Assembly: GCA_023623185.1 (NCBI GenBank)
Contig: JAMNXV010000137.1
Location: 3,511-67,510 of the forward strand
DNA length: 64,000 nucleotides
From: Bacillota bacterium
Lineage (GTDB): Bacteria; Bacillota; Sulfobacillia; Symbiobacteriales; Symbiobacteriaceae
Direction: 5' to 3'
Shown here piece by piece: positions 17,743 through 29,110 of the stretch. Position 1 is the stretch's first letter. The number at the start of each line of letters is the position of its first letter. Position numbers and translations under genes: made by a program. The notes under the pieces are model-generated. The model had not been told where the DNA came from and searched no databases. It was given only the letters and a program-made list of their open reading frames with translations.

Positions 17743-18723
17743 ATGCCGGTGAACCCCCGCATTCACATGCTGCAGCGCCGGTTTCCCAGCGCGAATATGG
17801 CGCTGGTCACAGGCCCGCGGCCGATCCTGGTGGACACGGGCTTCGGCAGCGACCTGCCCGAGACCGAGCGGCTGCTCACCGACCTCGGCGTGCCGCCATG
17901 GAAGCTGCGCCTCATCGTCAACACCCATGCCCACGTGGACCACGCGGGCGGCAACCACGGCCTGCAGCAGGCCTACGGCATCCCGGTCGCCGCCGGCGCG
18001 GAGGACGCCGCCCGGGTGAACGGCCGGCATTTCAACGCCTGCGACGCCTGGTTCCTGGACCACCCGGTAGGCCACTACCAGGTCAGCCAGGTGCTTCAGG
18101 AGGGCGACGAGCTGGACACGGGCGCCGTGGTGCTCACGGTCCTGGCCACGCCGGGCCACACACCGGGGCACCTCTCCTTCTACGCGCCGGAGGAGCGCGT
18201 GCTCCTGCTGGGCGACGTCTTTCACCGGGACGACGTGGCCTGGCTCAACCTCATGGCTGACGGACCCGATCCCCTGGGCCGGATGCTGGCCACTCTGGAC
18301 CGGCTGGCCGCCCTGCGGGTGGACTGGGCGTGCTCCGGCCACGACCCCCGCATCACGGACTTCCCCGCAGCCCTGGATGCCGCCCGCCGCCCCTACGAGA
18401 AGTGGCAGCGGGAGCCGCAGAAGATCGGCTGGCACGCGTGCAAGCGCATCTTCGGCTACGCCCTGATGCTGGAGGAGGGCATGAATGCGGAGCGGATCAG
18501 GGAGTACCTGCTGAACGCCCCCTGGTTCGTGCAGGCCAGCCGCCGGGTCTTCGAGCGGGAGCCCGAGGAGTTCGTGGAACCCCTGGTGGCGGAGATGCTT
18601 CGGGCCGGGGCGGCCAGGTGGCGGGACGGCCGGCTGATGGCGCTTACCCCCTACACACCGTTGCCCGCGGGATGGCTGCGGACGGACATGCGGCCCGACC
18701 GCTGGCCCCCTGTCGGGAGGTAG
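17743..18723 (+). CDS. MBL-fold metallo-hydrolase
   Basis: LVDTG, THAHVDHAGG, TPGHTPGH, LGD, SGH. Confidence 0.92.
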   Translation: MPVNPRIHMLQRRFPSANMALVTGPRPILVDTGFGSDLPETERLLTDLGVPPWKLRLIVNTHAHVDHAGGNHGLQQAYGIPVAAGAEDAARVNGRHFNACDAWFLDHPVGHYQVSQVLQEGDELDTGAVVLTVLATPGHTPGHLSFYAPEERVLLLGDVFHRDDVAWLNLMADGPDPLGRMLATLDRLAALRVDWACSGHDPRITDFPAALDAARRPYEKWQREPQKIGWHACKRIFGYALMLEEGMNAERIREYLLNAPWFVQASRRVFEREPEEFVEPLVAEMLRAGAARWRDGRLMALTPYTPLPAGWLRTDMRPDRWPPVGR

Positions 18724-18790
18724 GGCGGGCGGTTGCTCAACCCGGCGACGCCGAGGGCGGGAGCGCCTTGGCCGACCGGCAGGCCCCGGC

Positions 18791-20128
18791 TCAGCCGGGC
18801 GGGGCCGGGGGCCGGGTCTCCTGCTGCGGCTCCTGCACCTCCGGTGCGCCCGGCGCGTCCGGCCTGTCGGGCACCGCCCGCACCACGTCGATGCGGTGGC
18901 CGTCCATGCGCTCCACCCGCAGGCGCCAGCCGCCGACGGCCAGTTCGTCGCCCTCGGCGGGGATGGCGCCCAGGTGGTGCAGGATGTACCCGGCCAGGGT
19001 CTCGTAGTTGGGGCTCCTGGGGATGGGGATGCGCAGCCGCTCGGCCACCTCGTCCACGGGTTCGCCGGCGTCCAGCTCGATCTCGCCCTGCTCCGCCCCC
19101 GGCTGCAGCGGCTCCTCCGCGATCTCGCCGATGATCTCCTCCAGCAGATCCTCCATCGTGACCAGCCCCGACACGCCGCCGTACTCGTCCACGACGACGG
19201 CGAGTTGCTCGTCTGCGGCCTGCATCTCCTTCAGGAGGCTCAGGGCCTGCTTCGACTCCGGCACGAACCACGCGGGGCGCATGACCTCCGCGACCCGGGG
19301 GCCGTCGCGCTGCCGGTCCACGTGGCGCAGCAGGTCCTTTACCGTGACCATGCCGACGATGTCGTCGTAGTCCTCCCGGTAGACCGGATAGCGCCAAAAG
19401 CCGTGGCGGCGCACCGCCGCGAGGGCGTCCGGCAGCGGCGCGTCCTGATGCAGGCAGGCCATCTCGGTGCGGGGCACCATCACCTGGCGCACCGTGCGGT
19501 CCCCGAAGGAGAAGACGCCGGCGATCATGCGCTTCTCCGCCTCCTGGAGCCCCGTGTTCTCGGCGACGTAGAGCCGCAGCTCCTCCTCCGAGATCCCCTG
19601 CTCGGCCTGCTCGACCCGGCCGCCGAGCAGGCGCACCACCAGATTGGTGGACGCCGTGAGCAGCGCGACGAACGGCCGGGTGAGGCGCGCGATAAACACC
19701 ACCGGGCGGGCCACCAGCAGGGCGACCCGCTCCGGGGACTGCAGCGCGATTCGCTTCGGCACCAGCTCGCCCAGCACCAGGGTGAGGTACGAAAGCAGCA
19801 GGGTCACCGCCACCACGGCCGCGCTGCCGGCCACCGCCGGGCTGAGCCCCAGCCGCTGAAGCGCCGCCCCCAGGTCGGCGGAAAGCCCCACCGCCGCGGA
19901 GGCGCTGGCCAGGAAGCCCGCCAGCGTGATGCCCACCTGGATGGTCGCCAGAAAGCGGCTCTGGTCCTTCATGAGCTGAAGCACCGCCCAGGCCGCCTGG
20001 TTCCCCTGTTCGGCCAGCTGCCGGAGGCGCACAGGCCGGGAGGAGACCACGGCGATCTCGCCGGCCGCGAAGAACGCGTTGATCAGGATCAGCCCGAAGA
20101 TGAGGCCGAACGCCCGCCACTGCGCCAC
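18791..20128 (-). CDS. CNNM/hemolysin-family (CorC/TlyC) CBS-domain membrane protein
   Basis: [52 protein letters not shown]. Confidence 0.93.
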   Translation of the reverse strand: MAQWRAFGLIFGLILINAFFAAGEIAVVSSRPVRLRQLAEQGNQAAWAVLQLMKDQSRFLATIQVGITLAGFLASASAAVGLSADLGAALQRLGLSPAVAGSAAVVAVTLLLSYLTLVLGELVPKRIALQSPERVALLVARPVVFIARLTRPFVALLTASTNLVVRLLGGRVEQAEQGISEEELRLYVAENTGLQEAEKRMIAGVFSFGDRTVRQVMVPRTEMACLHQDAPLPDALAAVRRHGFWRYPVYREDYDDIVGMVTVKDLLRHVDRQRDGPRVAEVMRPAWFVPESKQALSLLKEMQAADEQLAVVVDEYGGVSGLVTMEDLLEEIIGEIAEEPLQPGAEQGEIELDAGEPVDEVAERLRIPIPRSPNYETLAGYILHHLGAIPAEGDELAVGGWRLRVERMDGHRIDVVRAVPDRPDAPGAPEVQEPQQETRPPAPPG

Positions 20129-20136
20129 AGTGTCTC

Positions 20137-20715
20137 TTACGCTCCGGTGGCCTCCTGGCGCACGCGCTTCAGCGCGGCGCTCCAGGCGACGAGCTGATCC
20201 AGCATGGTGTTCAGGGCGGGCAGGTGCACCTCTTCGTTGGGCCTGAACACGCTGAAGTTCTCAAAGTCGGTGAAGAGCGAGAGCGAGACCTGCTGCCGCA
20301 CGTGGGCCACCTGCAGCTCGGCCATGATGGCGCGCAGGTTCTCGATGGCCCGCGCGCCGCCCAGGCTGCCGTAACCCACGAAGCCGGCGGCCTTGTTGTT
20401 CCACTCCAGGTAGAGGTAATCGATGGCGTTCTTCAGGGCCCCCGATGTGGCGTGGTTGTACTCCGGCGTGACGAAGACGAACCCGTCGAACGAGTCGATC
20501 TTCTCCGACCAGCGCCTGGTGTGCTCGTGCTGGTAGTTCTTCCCGAACGACGGCGGCATCGGCTCGTCGTACACAGGCAGGTTGAAGTCCTTCAGGTCCA
20601 CCAGCTCGAACTGGGCGTCGGTCCGCTTGCTGGCGTGCTCGTACACCCAGCGGGCCACCGCCTCGCCGTTGCGCCCCGGCCGCGTGCTGCCGATGATGAT
20701 CGCGATTCTGACCAC
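20137..20715 (-). CDS. NADPH-dependent FMN reductase
   Basis: GSTRPGR, TPEYNH, LKNAIDY, EWNNK; GTG after GGAGG. Confidence 0.93.
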   Translation of the reverse strand: MVRIAIIIGSTRPGRNGEAVARWVYEHASKRTDAQFELVDLKDFNLPVYDEPMPPSFGKNYQHEHTRRWSEKIDSFDGFVFVTPEYNHATSGALKNAIDYLYLEWNNKAAGFVGYGSLGGARAIENLRAIMAELQVAHVRQQVSLSLFTDFENFSVFRPNEEVHLPALNTMLDQLVAWSAALKRVRQEATGA

Positions 20716-20819
20716 TCTCGCGCCTCCTACATCCCGTTCATGGCAGGGTCTGGTCCGCGCGGAACCCGAGACCAGTTTCACCCATGCGGGCTGCCGGTAT
20801 GCGCAGGAAGCCGGGCGGC

Positions 20820-21590
20820 TCACGACTCACCGTCGGGGCGGAACAGTTCGGCCAGCATCCGCTCCCGGCGCTCCAGGAAGTGCCGGGTGATCTGGTAATG
20901 GGGCGTCTCCTCGTACGCCATCTCCGCCGGCGGCGCCGCATCGAACGAGATGATCTGCGCACCCGGATATCCCAGCAGGATGGGCGAGTGCGTGGCGATC
21001 ACCCACTGGGCGGTCGGCCCCAGGTCGTGGATCAGCCGCAGGAAGGCCAGCTGCCGGGCAGGGGAGAGCGCGGCTTCGGGCTCGTCCAGCAGGTAGAGCC
21101 CCTTCCGGCCGAAGCGGTGGGTGAAGAGCGCCAGGAACGCCTCGCCGTGGGAGCGCTCGTGCAGCGATCTCCCGCCGTAGCGGTCGTAGACGCGCCTGCC
21201 CCCGCTCAGGGGATCCCGGGCACGCTCATCCAGGTAGGAGGCGAAGTGGTAGAAGGTCTCTGCCCGCAGGAAGAAACCCTCGCTGATCTTCGGCAGCCAG
21301 GAGAGGCGGATCGTGCCGCTCAGGGCGCTCTCGGCCGATTCCACCCGCAGCAGGTCAGACCGTCCTCCCCCCGCGGGGCTGAAGCCGCACTGGCCGGCGA
21401 TGGCTTCCAGGAGCGTCGACTTGCCTGACCCGTTCTCCCCCACGAAAAAGACCACGTTGGTGCGGAACCGCAGTCGGTCCAGATGCCGGATGGCCGGAAT
21501 GTCGTACGGGTACACGTTCCAGTCGCGGACCAGATCCCGCCGCAGGGACACCTCCCGCAGGTACGTGTCCATCACCCCCATGTTGCGCAC
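20820..21590 (-). CDS. Stand-alone ABC/AAA-type ATPase (start may be 21581 or 21572)
   Basis: GENGSGKS, GFFLRAE, SHGEAF, LLDEPEAALSP, IATHSP. Confidence 0.88.
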   Translation of the reverse strand: MRNMGVMDTYLREVSLRRDLVRDWNVYPYDIPAIRHLDRLRFRTNVVFFVGENGSGKSTLLEAIAGQCGFSPAGGGRSDLLRVESAESALSGTIRLSWLPKISEGFFLRAETFYHFASYLDERARDPLSGGRRVYDRYGGRSLHERSHGEAFLALFTHRFGRKGLYLLDEPEAALSPARQLAFLRLIHDLGPTAQWVIATHSPILLGYPGAQIISFDAAPPAEMAYEETPHYQITRHFLERRERMLAELFRPDGES

Positions 21591-21642
21591 GAGGCGAGGC
21601 CGAACCCGGCCCCGCCTTAGCGTTTATCCAGTTTCGCGCGCA

Positions 21643-23817
21643 CTAGCCCTGGTTGGCCGGGCAGTGCTTCCCGAACCAGCGCAGGATCCGGTGGAACCGG
21701 TCGACCCGCAGGACGGGCGGGCCCTGCCGGGTGAGGTCGTGGTTGGACCGGGGATGGCGCACCAGTTCCGTCGGCGCCTGCCCATAGAACTTGATCGCCA
21801 TGTAGAACTGCTCCGCCTGCTCGATGGGGCAGCGGAAGTCGAACTCGGAGTGCATGATGGAGATCGGCGTCTTCACGTTCTTCACGTAGGCCAGCGGCGA
21901 GATGCGCCAGAGCTCCTGCACCCCTTCCGGCGACCAGGGGTCGTCCACCTTGTGCTGGATCTGGTTGAAGAACGGCCCGAAGTCCGGGGTGCCGCTGAAG
22001 GAGACCCAGTTGGAGATGGACCGGTGGGTGATGGCGGCAGCGAAGCGGTCGGTCTGGGTGACGATCCAGTTGGTCATGAAGCCCCCGTAAGAGCCGCCGG
22101 TCACGGCCAGCCGCTTCTCGTCCACCCAGCCGAAGGTCAGCGCGTGATCCACCGCGTCCATCAGGTCATTGTAGTCGCGGTTGCCGTAGTCGCCGCGGAC
22201 GGCGTCCACGAAGACCTGCCCGTAGCTGGTGGAGCCCCGGGGGTTGATGAACAGCACGCCGTACCCCGCCGCGGCCAGGATCTGCATCTCCTGGTAGAAG
22301 GCGTGGCCGAAGCAGGTGTGCGGCCCGCCGTGGATCTCGAGCACCAGCGGGTACTTCCGGCCCTCCTCAAAGCCCACCGGCTTCATGAGCCAGCCGTGCA
22401 GGTCCCAGCCGTCCCGGGCCTTGAAGTTCAGCTCCTCCACCTCGGGCCACTCAATCTCGGCGAACAGCTTCTCGTTCACGGCGGTGAGCCGCCGCTCCTC
22501 ACCGCTGGCCAGTTCCCGCACGTACACGTCGCCGATCTCGAACATGGAACCGGCCGCAAACGCCAGCCGCTCGCCGCTCCGGTCGAAGGTGCCGGCGTAG
22601 ATCTCCCGCTCGCCCCCGACCACCTGCTCCGGCTCGTCGCCGCTCACCGGGAAGGCGTAGACCGAGCAGGCCCCGCGCCGCACGACGGGCACGTAGATGC
22701 GCCGGCCGTCCGGCGACCAGGTGGCCTCGATCCCCAGGCCGCCGGGCCGCACGTCGGCGCCGACACTGTTGCCGATCTGCAGGTCGCGGTGCTCCAGGAT
22801 GCGGGGCTCGCCGCCGCTTGCCGGGTAGAGGTAGATCCGGGGCAGCGTGGCGTTGTGGAACTCGTTCTGGTGGCCGATGACGGCCAGCGTCGCGCCGTCA
22901 GGCGAGAAGCGGGCGATCTGGAACGCGCCGATGCCGCCCGTGATGTTCTGCGGCCGGAACGCGGCCTCGGCCTCCTCCGCGGCCTTCCGGAGCCGTTCGG
23001 AGAGGGCCTTCGCCTCCTCCTCCCCCGGCTCCTCTGCCCCGGGCTCGGGCGGGGCCACGGAGGCACGGGCAGCGGGCGAGTCGGCATCCGGCACCGGCGT
23101 GACGAAGATGTCGCGCACCCGGAACGACTCATCCTCGGTGCGGTTGGCGCCAAAGGCGATCAGCCGCCCGTCGGGCGACCAGGTCGCGCCGCCGTGGTCG
23201 TAGTTGCCCCACGTCACCTGGATGGGCTTCGGCATCGGCTCGTCCGGGGCCGGCACCGGCACAACCCAGATCTGCGCCCAGCGCTCGGGCCTGATGCCCG
23301 CGGCGTTGCTGCGCCAGCGCATCACGGTAAAGGTGCGGGCCTCGTCCCTGGCCTTCTTCTCCTCCGCCTTCTTGTCCGCCTCGTTCTTAGCCCGGGTCAG
23401 GAGCTCCCGCCGGTCCCCCGGCCCCACGGCCGAGGTGAAGGCGATGTGCTTCCCGTCGGGCGACCAGACCGGATCCCCCGCCCCGTGGCGCATCTGGGTG
23501 AGCTGGCGGGCCTCGCCGCCGTGCCGGTCGATCAGCCAGATCTGGCGGTCGCCGCCCCGGTCGGAGACAAAGGCCAGGGTGCGGCCGTCCGGCGACCAGC
23601 GGGGCGAGCTGTCGTTCTTGGGCCCCCGGGTGAAGGGCACGGGCGTGCCCCCGCCCGCGGGCGCCAGCCAGATGTGCGACCGCGGCTCCCTGGATTCGGG
23701 GTCGGTGTGTGTACGCACGAACGCGACGACCTCGCCGTCGGGCGAGATCTGCGGGTCGCTCACGGTCACGAACTTGTACAGGTCCTCCGGGATCAGCCGA
23801 CGCTTCGCTGCGGACAA
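21643..23817 (-). CDS. S9 family (acylaminoacyl-peptidase-like) peptidase
   Basis: TTG after AAAGGAGG; WSPDG repeats, IHGGP, GGSYGG nucleophile, D.RCP, H. Confidence 0.93.
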   Translation of the reverse strand: MSAAKRRLIPEDLYKFVTVSDPQISPDGEVVAFVRTHTDPESREPRSHIWLAPAGGGTPVPFTRGPKNDSSPRWSPDGRTLAFVSDRGGDRQIWLIDRHGGEARQLTQMRHGAGDPVWSPDGKHIAFTSAVGPGDRRELLTRAKNEADKKAEEKKARDEARTFTVMRWRSNAAGIRPERWAQIWVVPVPAPDEPMPKPIQVTWGNYDHGGATWSPDGRLIAFGANRTEDESFRVRDIFVTPVPDADSPAARASVAPPEPGAEEPGEEEAKALSERLRKAAEEAEAAFRPQNITGGIGAFQIARFSPDGATLAVIGHQNEFHNATLPRIYLYPASGGEPRILEHRDLQIGNSVGADVRPGGLGIEATWSPDGRRIYVPVVRRGACSVYAFPVSGDEPEQVVGGEREIYAGTFDRSGERLAFAAGSMFEIGDVYVRELASGEERRLTAVNEKLFAEIEWPEVEELNFKARDGWDLHGWLMKPVGFEEGRKYPLVLEIHGGPHTCFGHAFYQEMQILAAAGYGVLFINPRGSTSYGQVFVDAVRGDYGNRDYNDLMDAVDHALTFGWVDEKRLAVTGGSYGGFMTNWIVTQTDRFAAAITHRSISNWVSFSGTPDFGPFFNQIQHKVDDPWSPEGVQELWRISPLAYVKNVKTPISIMHSEFDFRCPIEQAEQFYMAIKFYGQAPTELVRHPRSNHDLTRQGPPVLRVDRFHRILRWFGKHCPANQG

Positions 23818-24018
23818 GGTGGCATCCTCCTTTGTCGGGAACTCCCTCTCTCTGTTATACAGAGGGGCCCTCGCTCCCTGCCCGTGCTGGGCGCATCCGT
23901 CGGCGGTGCCGGCACCGGCAGAGGGATGGGGCGGCATGAAGTCGAAGTCGCATGGGCATATGGTGCCTGCCGATGGTGTCGATTCCTGCCAGAGGGCACG
24001 ACGAAAGGAGAACTGCTC

Positions 24019-24801
24019 GTGACGGAGAGACGATTCCCCGCAACCTTCCTGGAGCGCCCCAACCGCTTCGTCGCGCGGGTCCGCCTGCAGGACGGACGGG
24101 AGGTGCCGGTGCACGTGGCCTCCTCGGGGCGCATGGCGGAGCTGCTCCTGCCGGGAGCGCCGGTGATCGTGACGCTGCGGGAGGACGCGCCCGAACCGGA
24201 GCCATCAGCCACCGGCACCCCGGCTCCGGGACAGCCTCCGGCAGAGACGCCCAAGCCGGGCCGCAAGACCGCCGGCAAGCTGCTGATGGTCCGCACCGGC
24301 TCCACCTGGGTCTCCGTGGACACCTCCCTTCCCGGCAAGCTCTTCCACCGGGCGGTGGCGGAAGGGGCCTGCCCCCCGTTTGCCGGCTACGCCGGGGTGC
24401 GGCCGGAGTACCGCTACGGCGACAGCCGCATCGACTTCCTGCTGACGGCCCCGGACCGGCCGCCCTGCCTGGTGGAGGTGAAGTCCGTCACCTCCGTGCT
24501 GCCCGATGCGGACGGGCTCCGGGTGGCCCGCTTTCCCGACGCGCCCACGGCCCGCGGCGCCCGCCACCTGGGCGCGCTGGCCGGGGCCGTGCGGGAGGGC
24601 TTCCGGGCGGCGGTCTGCTTCATCGCGCAGCGGGACGACGCGGAGGCGTTCGGGCCGTGGGATGAGATCGACCCGGTCTTCGGCGAGACCCTGCGGGAGG
24701 TGGCACGGGCCGGGGTGGAGGTCCACGCCTTCGTCATGCACGTGACGCCGGAGGGCGCCACCCTGGGTGGGCCGCTGCCGGTCATCCTGGACGGTGCGTA
24801 A
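24019..24801 (+). CDS. sfsA: SfsA family DNA/RNA nuclease
   Basis: RPNRF, SGRM.ELL, SRIDFLL, VEVKSVT, FPDAPT.RG.RHL. Confidence 0.9.
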   Translation: MTERRFPATFLERPNRFVARVRLQDGREVPVHVASSGRMAELLLPGAPVIVTLREDAPEPEPSATGTPAPGQPPAETPKPGRKTAGKLLMVRTGSTWVSVDTSLPGKLFHRAVAEGACPPFAGYAGVRPEYRYGDSRIDFLLTAPDRPPCLVEVKSVTSVLPDADGLRVARFPDAPTARGARHLGALAGAVREGFRAAVCFIAQRDDAEAFGPWDEIDPVFGETLREVARAGVEVHAFVMHVTPEGATLGGPLPVILDGA

Positions 24802-24888
24802 TATGACATTAAGCATCCAAATAGTACGCATCTCGTGGCATAATAGGATCAAGTCCCATCTCGCAACACAGCACCTGGAGGTACCACC

Positions 24889-26757
24889 ATGCGCAGGAAG
24901 ATCCGATCACGCATTGCTCTGAAGCTGCTGGCCTCCCCCCTCGTGCTGATCGTGCTTCTCATCGGCATGAGCTTCGTGAGCAGGTTCGTGACCAAGACGG
25001 TGCTGGGCGAGCTGGAGGCCATCGACCGCAGCTATTCGGTAGCCATCGGGGCCCAGTCGCTCCAGGCCGATCTGCTGCGGGAGGCCAGCGGCATCAGCAA
25101 CTACGTGCTCTACCGCGACTCGCGCGACATCGCGCAGTACCTGACCGCTCGCGAGCGGGTGGCCGCTACCCTCACCATGCTCCTGGAAACGGTGGAGGAT
25201 GAGGCGGCCCGGAACCAGTTCCGCGAAGTCCAGGAGATGCACGCGGCCTACGTCGACACGGTGGACAGAATTCGCCAGGAGCTGCGGGGCCGCGACGAGC
25301 ACCAGGCGGTCGTCATCATGCGGATGGAGGCCGTCCCCGCCATGACGGAGATGACCTCCGCCGTGAACAGCCTGGTGGAGTCGCTCACGGAGGGGGCCAC
25401 GGCTGACCTCTCCGGCTCCCGGAGGCTTGCGCGCATCATGGACATCGGGGTGATCGCCGCCTCGGCGGCGGCGGTGATCCTGGGTTTCGCGGTTGCCCAG
25501 TACATGGCCCGCCGGCTCAGCCAGCCCATCCGGCACCTGGCGGCGGCGGCGGCGGAGATCGCCGGCGGCGACCTGCGCGGGCAGGAGCTGGCCGAGACCT
25601 CGCGCGACGAGATCGGCGACACCATCCGCGCGTTCAACCAGATGGCCCGGAACCTCCACGACGTCCTGCACCGCGTGAGCCAGAGCGCCGAAGCGGTGAT
25701 GGCGGCCTCGGCCGAGCTGTCCGGCTCTGCCCGCTCGTCGGCGGAGGCGGCCGAATCCTCCGCGCAGGCGATCGCGCACCTGGCGTCCGGCGCCTCGGAG
25801 CAGGCGGAGGAGACGGCCGAGGTCAACACCACGGTCGAGCGGCTGCAGGCCGTCATCCGCTCCATCGCCGACGCGGCGGCCCGGTCGGTGGCCGACATCC
25901 GGCAGGCGACGGCGCTGTTGAACCAGATGACCGACGGACTCGACCAGATGGCGCAGCGGGTCTGGAAGACGGCGGAGCGGGCCTCGCTGGCGGAGGAGCA
26001 GGCGCAGTCCGGCGCCCGGGTGGTCGAGCGGACGCTCCAGGAGATGGCGGCAGCCGACCAGGTGGTGGCCCGGGCGGCGCAGCGGCTGAAGCAGCTGGAG
26101 GCGCTCTCCGGCCAGATCGGCACGATCAGCGAGACGATCGGCGAGATCGCCGACCAGACCGATCTCCTGGCTCTGAACGCCGCCATCGAGGCGGCACGGG
26201 CAGGCGAGCACGGCCGCGGCTTCGCGGTGGTGGCCGAGGAGGTGCGGAAGCTGGCCGAACGGTCTGCGACCTCCGCGGAGGAGATCACGAAGCTCATCCT
26301 CAGCATCCAGCAGGGCACCGCCGACGCCGTCGCGGCCATGGAGGCCGGCACGGCCCGTCTGGCCGCCGGCAACGAGCTGGCCGGGGAGGCCGGCGGCTCC
26401 CTGGCGGCGATCCTCGAGGCCATGCGCAAGGCGACGGCCGACATGGAGGACGCGGCCCGGGCGGTCGACGAGGTGAAGGCGATGGCCGCCGAGGCCCTGG
26501 CCAACTTCGAGGCGGTCGCGGAGGCGGTCCAGTCCAACAGCGCCGCCACCGAGGAGCTGTCCTCGGGCGCTGCGCAGGTCACCGCCGCGGTGAACCGCAT
26601 CGCCCAGGTGTCGCAGGAGAACGCCGCGGCCGCGGAGCAGGTGGCCGCCGCGGTGGAGGAGATGAACACCTCGGCCGGGAACGTCGCCGAGGCGGCGCAG
26701 CAGCTGGCGCAGACGGCGGAGTCGCTGCAGGCGCAGGTGAAGCGGTTCAGGATTTAG
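24889..26757 (+). CDS. Methyl-accepting chemotaxis protein (TM-sensor-TM-HAMP-MA)
   Basis: DEIG HAMP; [37 protein letters not shown]. Confidence 0.95.
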   Translation: MRRKIRSRIALKLLASPLVLIVLLIGMSFVSRFVTKTVLGELEAIDRSYSVAIGAQSLQADLLREASGISNYVLYRDSRDIAQYLTARERVAATLTMLLETVEDEAARNQFREVQEMHAAYVDTVDRIRQELRGRDEHQAVVIMRMEAVPAMTEMTSAVNSLVESLTEGATADLSGSRRLARIMDIGVIAASAAAVILGFAVAQYMARRLSQPIRHLAAAAAEIAGGDLRGQELAETSRDEIGDTIRAFNQMARNLHDVLHRVSQSAEAVMAASAELSGSARSSAEAAESSAQAIAHLASGASEQAEETAEVNTTVERLQAVIRSIADAAARSVADIRQATALLNQMTDGLDQMAQRVWKTAERASLAEEQAQSGARVVERTLQEMAAADQVVARAAQRLKQLEALSGQIGTISETIGEIADQTDLLALNAAIEAARAGEHGRGFAVVAEEVRKLAERSATSAEEITKLILSIQQGTADAVAAMEAGTARLAAGNELAGEAGGSLAAILEAMRKATADMEDAARAVDEVKAMAAEALANFEAVAEAVQSNSAATEELSSGAAQVTAAVNRIAQVSQENAAAAEQVAAAVEEMNTSAGNVAEAAQQLAQTAESLQAQVKRFRI

Positions 26758-28067
26758 CGGGTCGCCGTCAGGGCCAGCACCGGCGGCACCCCCGGATCGC
26801 ACAGCCGCAGGAAGTGGTAGCCGATGCCCGCCGTGCCGATCATCAGGCTCGGGTTCGGGCCCCCGGCGTTCACCCCCGAAGGCCAGTCGCCCTTCGCCCC
26901 GTAGCGCCGCAGCAGCGCCTGCGCGGTCGCCGCCGCCTTCGCACGGTACGCGCCGTCGAACCACTCCCCGTACATCAGCACGATCTCCGACAGGCCCGCG
27001 ATGCCGTGACAGAGCGTCGCATCGCCACCCGGCTCCGCCATCCGCGCCGCGATGGCCGACAGCGCCACCCGCACCCCCACCTCTGCCATGCGCCTGTGCG
27101 CATCGGCCCGGTCGGGGTCCAGGCGGGCGGCGAACATCCGGGCGATGGCGATGCCGGGCCCCCCGTGGCACCAGCCCCGCTGGAAGGTCCCGCGCAGGCC
27201 GCCCCCCTCCTTTCGGTAGGGAAAGCGGGTGTCGATCCAGTTGCCGGCCGCGGGGCTGAACAGCGAGTCCTCGAAGGCGAAGGCGCCCCGGGCGGCCCGG
27301 AGCCACCGCTCTTCCCCGGTTTCGGCATACAGAAGCAGGAGGGCCAGCCCGCAGCCGGACGCGCCGTGGGAGAACCCGGTTGCGGGTGGCACGGTGTGCG
27401 AGCCGCTCAGCCGGCTGGCCTCCCACCAGCACATCTCCCCCGACCACCGGGCCTCCCGCAGCAACTCCTCGCCGCACTCCAGCGCCAGGGCGCCGAAGGG
27501 CTCCAGGCCCCGGCGCTTTTTCAATGCCAGCAGGACGGGGATCGCGCCGGCATTGCCGCTGATCACGTCCAGGGTGTGGTCGCCCTCCAGCCCCCGCAGG
27601 ACCGCGTCCCTCAGCCAGGCCACCTCACCGGCCAGCCCCGCCGGCCCAGCCGGCTCCCGTGCCGGCCCGGCGGGTGGGTCCGCGTCGGCCAGCCGGCATG
27701 CGGCGTAGAGCATCCCCAGATGGCCGGCGAAGAAGGAGAGCGGCGAGGCCCCGGTGGGGCTTTCCTGCATGAAGCGGACCGAGCGCCGGAGCGCTGCCCG
27801 CGCGGTCCGCAGGCAGTCCCGTTCGCCGGTCAGGCGGTAGAGCTCGGTCAGGAACAGGGCGATGCCGGCGCTGCCGCCGTAAAGCTCCGGCCCCACCGCG
27901 GCCGAGCGTACGGAGTACCGCGCGAGCAGCCCGTCCTGAATGTCGTGCCGCCCCATCCAGTTGCACTGCTGCCCCGCTGCGTCGAACCAGGCCTCCGCAC
28001 ACAGCCGGCGGCCGATGGCCGCCGCGCCCTGCAGGAGTTCCGCCCGCACATCCGGTGAGGTGCTCAC
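26754..28067 (-). CDS. Stand-alone lanthionine synthetase LanC-like cyclase
   Basis: [47 protein letters not shown]; Zn ligands C/C/H intact; GTG 28067 has the better RBS. Confidence 0.92.
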   Translation of the reverse strand: MSTSPDVRAELLQGAAAIGRRLCAEAWFDAAGQQCNWMGRHDIQDGLLARYSVRSAAVGPELYGGSAGIALFLTELYRLTGERDCLRTARAALRRSVRFMQESPTGASPLSFFAGHLGMLYAACRLADADPPAGPAREPAGPAGLAGEVAWLRDAVLRGLEGDHTLDVISGNAGAIPVLLALKKRRGLEPFGALALECGEELLREARWSGEMCWWEASRLSGSHTVPPATGFSHGASGCGLALLLLYAETGEERWLRAARGAFAFEDSLFSPAAGNWIDTRFPYRKEGGGLRGTFQRGWCHGGPGIAIARMFAARLDPDRADAHRRMAEVGVRVALSAIAARMAEPGGDATLCHGIAGLSEIVLMYGEWFDGAYRAKAAATAQALLRRYGAKGDWPSGVNAGGPNPSLMIGTAGIGYHFLRLCDPGVPPVLALTATR

Positions 28068-28084
28068 CCGTTTCCCTCCCCCTC

Positions 28085-29110
28085 TCACGCATCGGGCTCA
28101 AACGTGTAGGTGTCGCGGGACCCCGGCTCCAGGTAGGGGCACAGGGGGTCCAGCCCCCGCTCCCGGAAGGCCGCCGCCATCCGCTCCGCCCGCGCGGCCG
28201 GCGACTGTGCGCCCTCGGCATGGGCCCGCACCAGCCCCTCGGCGGCGATCCGGCACCGGGACTGCCCGAAGCTCAGCCCGCCTCCCGGATCCTCCGCCAG
28301 GCCCAGGCCCGGGGCCAGCGGCCGGGTGAACAGCGGCACGGCCGGATGGAGCAGGGCCCGGATCTCGCGGTAGACCCGGGCGATCACCGGCCGGGCCCGG
28401 TCGAAGTCCGAACGGGCGAGGTAGAGCACCCCCGCGTCCGCGCGCAGGTACTGGCGGGGGTGCGACAGGACCTTGGTCCTGAAGGGGATGCCCGCGCCGC
28501 CCAGCCCCTCCGTCACCAGCCGCATGTAGCGGACGGCGGCCTCGGGGGTCAGGTGCCAGTAGAGGCGCAGCAGCGGGCGGCCCTCGGGGAGGGCGTTGCC
28601 CAGGGCCATGTAGAACGCCGGGAACAGGTGGCGGATCTCCTTGCCCAGGCGGACGGAACACAGCGCACCAGGCTCAGGCGCACCTGGCGCATGCCCCTGC
28701 GGCCCGGCGCCGCCGCTCACCCGCACCTGCGAAGGGCGGGCCCAGAAGGTGACCTGGTCCTTCGTCACCGCGATCTGCCCGTCCGGCTCGACCCCGGCCA
28801 CCCGCCAGCCCGACTCCCACGTGCCCCTGCCCTGGTTGGCCCGGGAGAGCGCCCCGATGAACGCCCGCTCCTCCGCCGGGTCGGTCCCCGCCGGGGCGCC
28901 GCCCGGCCGGGGCCGGCAGTAGAGCCGCCGGTAAAGTTCGCTTTCCAGCGCCTGCAGAAGGGGATCCCGCACCTCCCGGCCTGACGGGTCCACCACCGGG
29001 TTCCGGGTCAGGTCGCGAACCTCCCCCAGCAGGGCGAAGCGCATGGGCCCCAGCACCTCGGCGGCCTCGGCCACCGCCCTGATGTCCGCGCAATACTGTG
29101 CCGCCCTCAT
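28085..29110 (-). CDS. HopA1-like protein (LanY-type phosphoSer/Thr lyase)
   Basis: SRANQG.G.WE.GW, RLYWHL, FRTKV, RADAGVLY, P.FT.PLAPGLGLAEDP, SFGQSRC; ATGA overlap with the kinase stop. Confidence 0.85.
   Translation of the reverse strand: MRAAQYCADIRAVAEAAEVLGPMRFALLGEVRDLTRNPVVDPSGREVRDPLLQALESELYRRLYCRPRPGGAPAGTDPAEERAFIGALSRANQGRGTWESGWRVAGVEPDGQIAVTKDQVTFWARPSQVRVSGGAGPQGHAPGAPEPGALCSVRLGKEIRHLFPAFYMALGNALPEGRPLLRLYWHLTPEAAVRYMRLVTEGLGGAGIPFRTKVLSHPRQYLRADAGVLYLARSDFDRARPVIARVYREIRALLHPAVPLFTRPLAPGLGLAEDPGGGLSFGQSRCRIAAEGLVRAHAEGAQSPAARAERMAAAFRERGLDPLCPYLEPGSRDTYTFEPDA

Noticed and set aside
21313-24018. 1162-aa plus-strand ORF fused to sfsA
   Set aside because: Antisense shadow of the S9 peptidase and ATPase; only 24019-24801 has an RBS and SfsA motifs
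24907-27477. 856-aa minus ORF and similar long ORFs (32195-34786, 53816-55564, 14238-15773)
   Set aside because: High-GC shadow frames opposite or overlapping well-supported genes
28085-29110. Type III secretion effector
   Set aside because: HopA1 is a family name; kinase/LanC context points to a lyase and no T3SS genes are in the window
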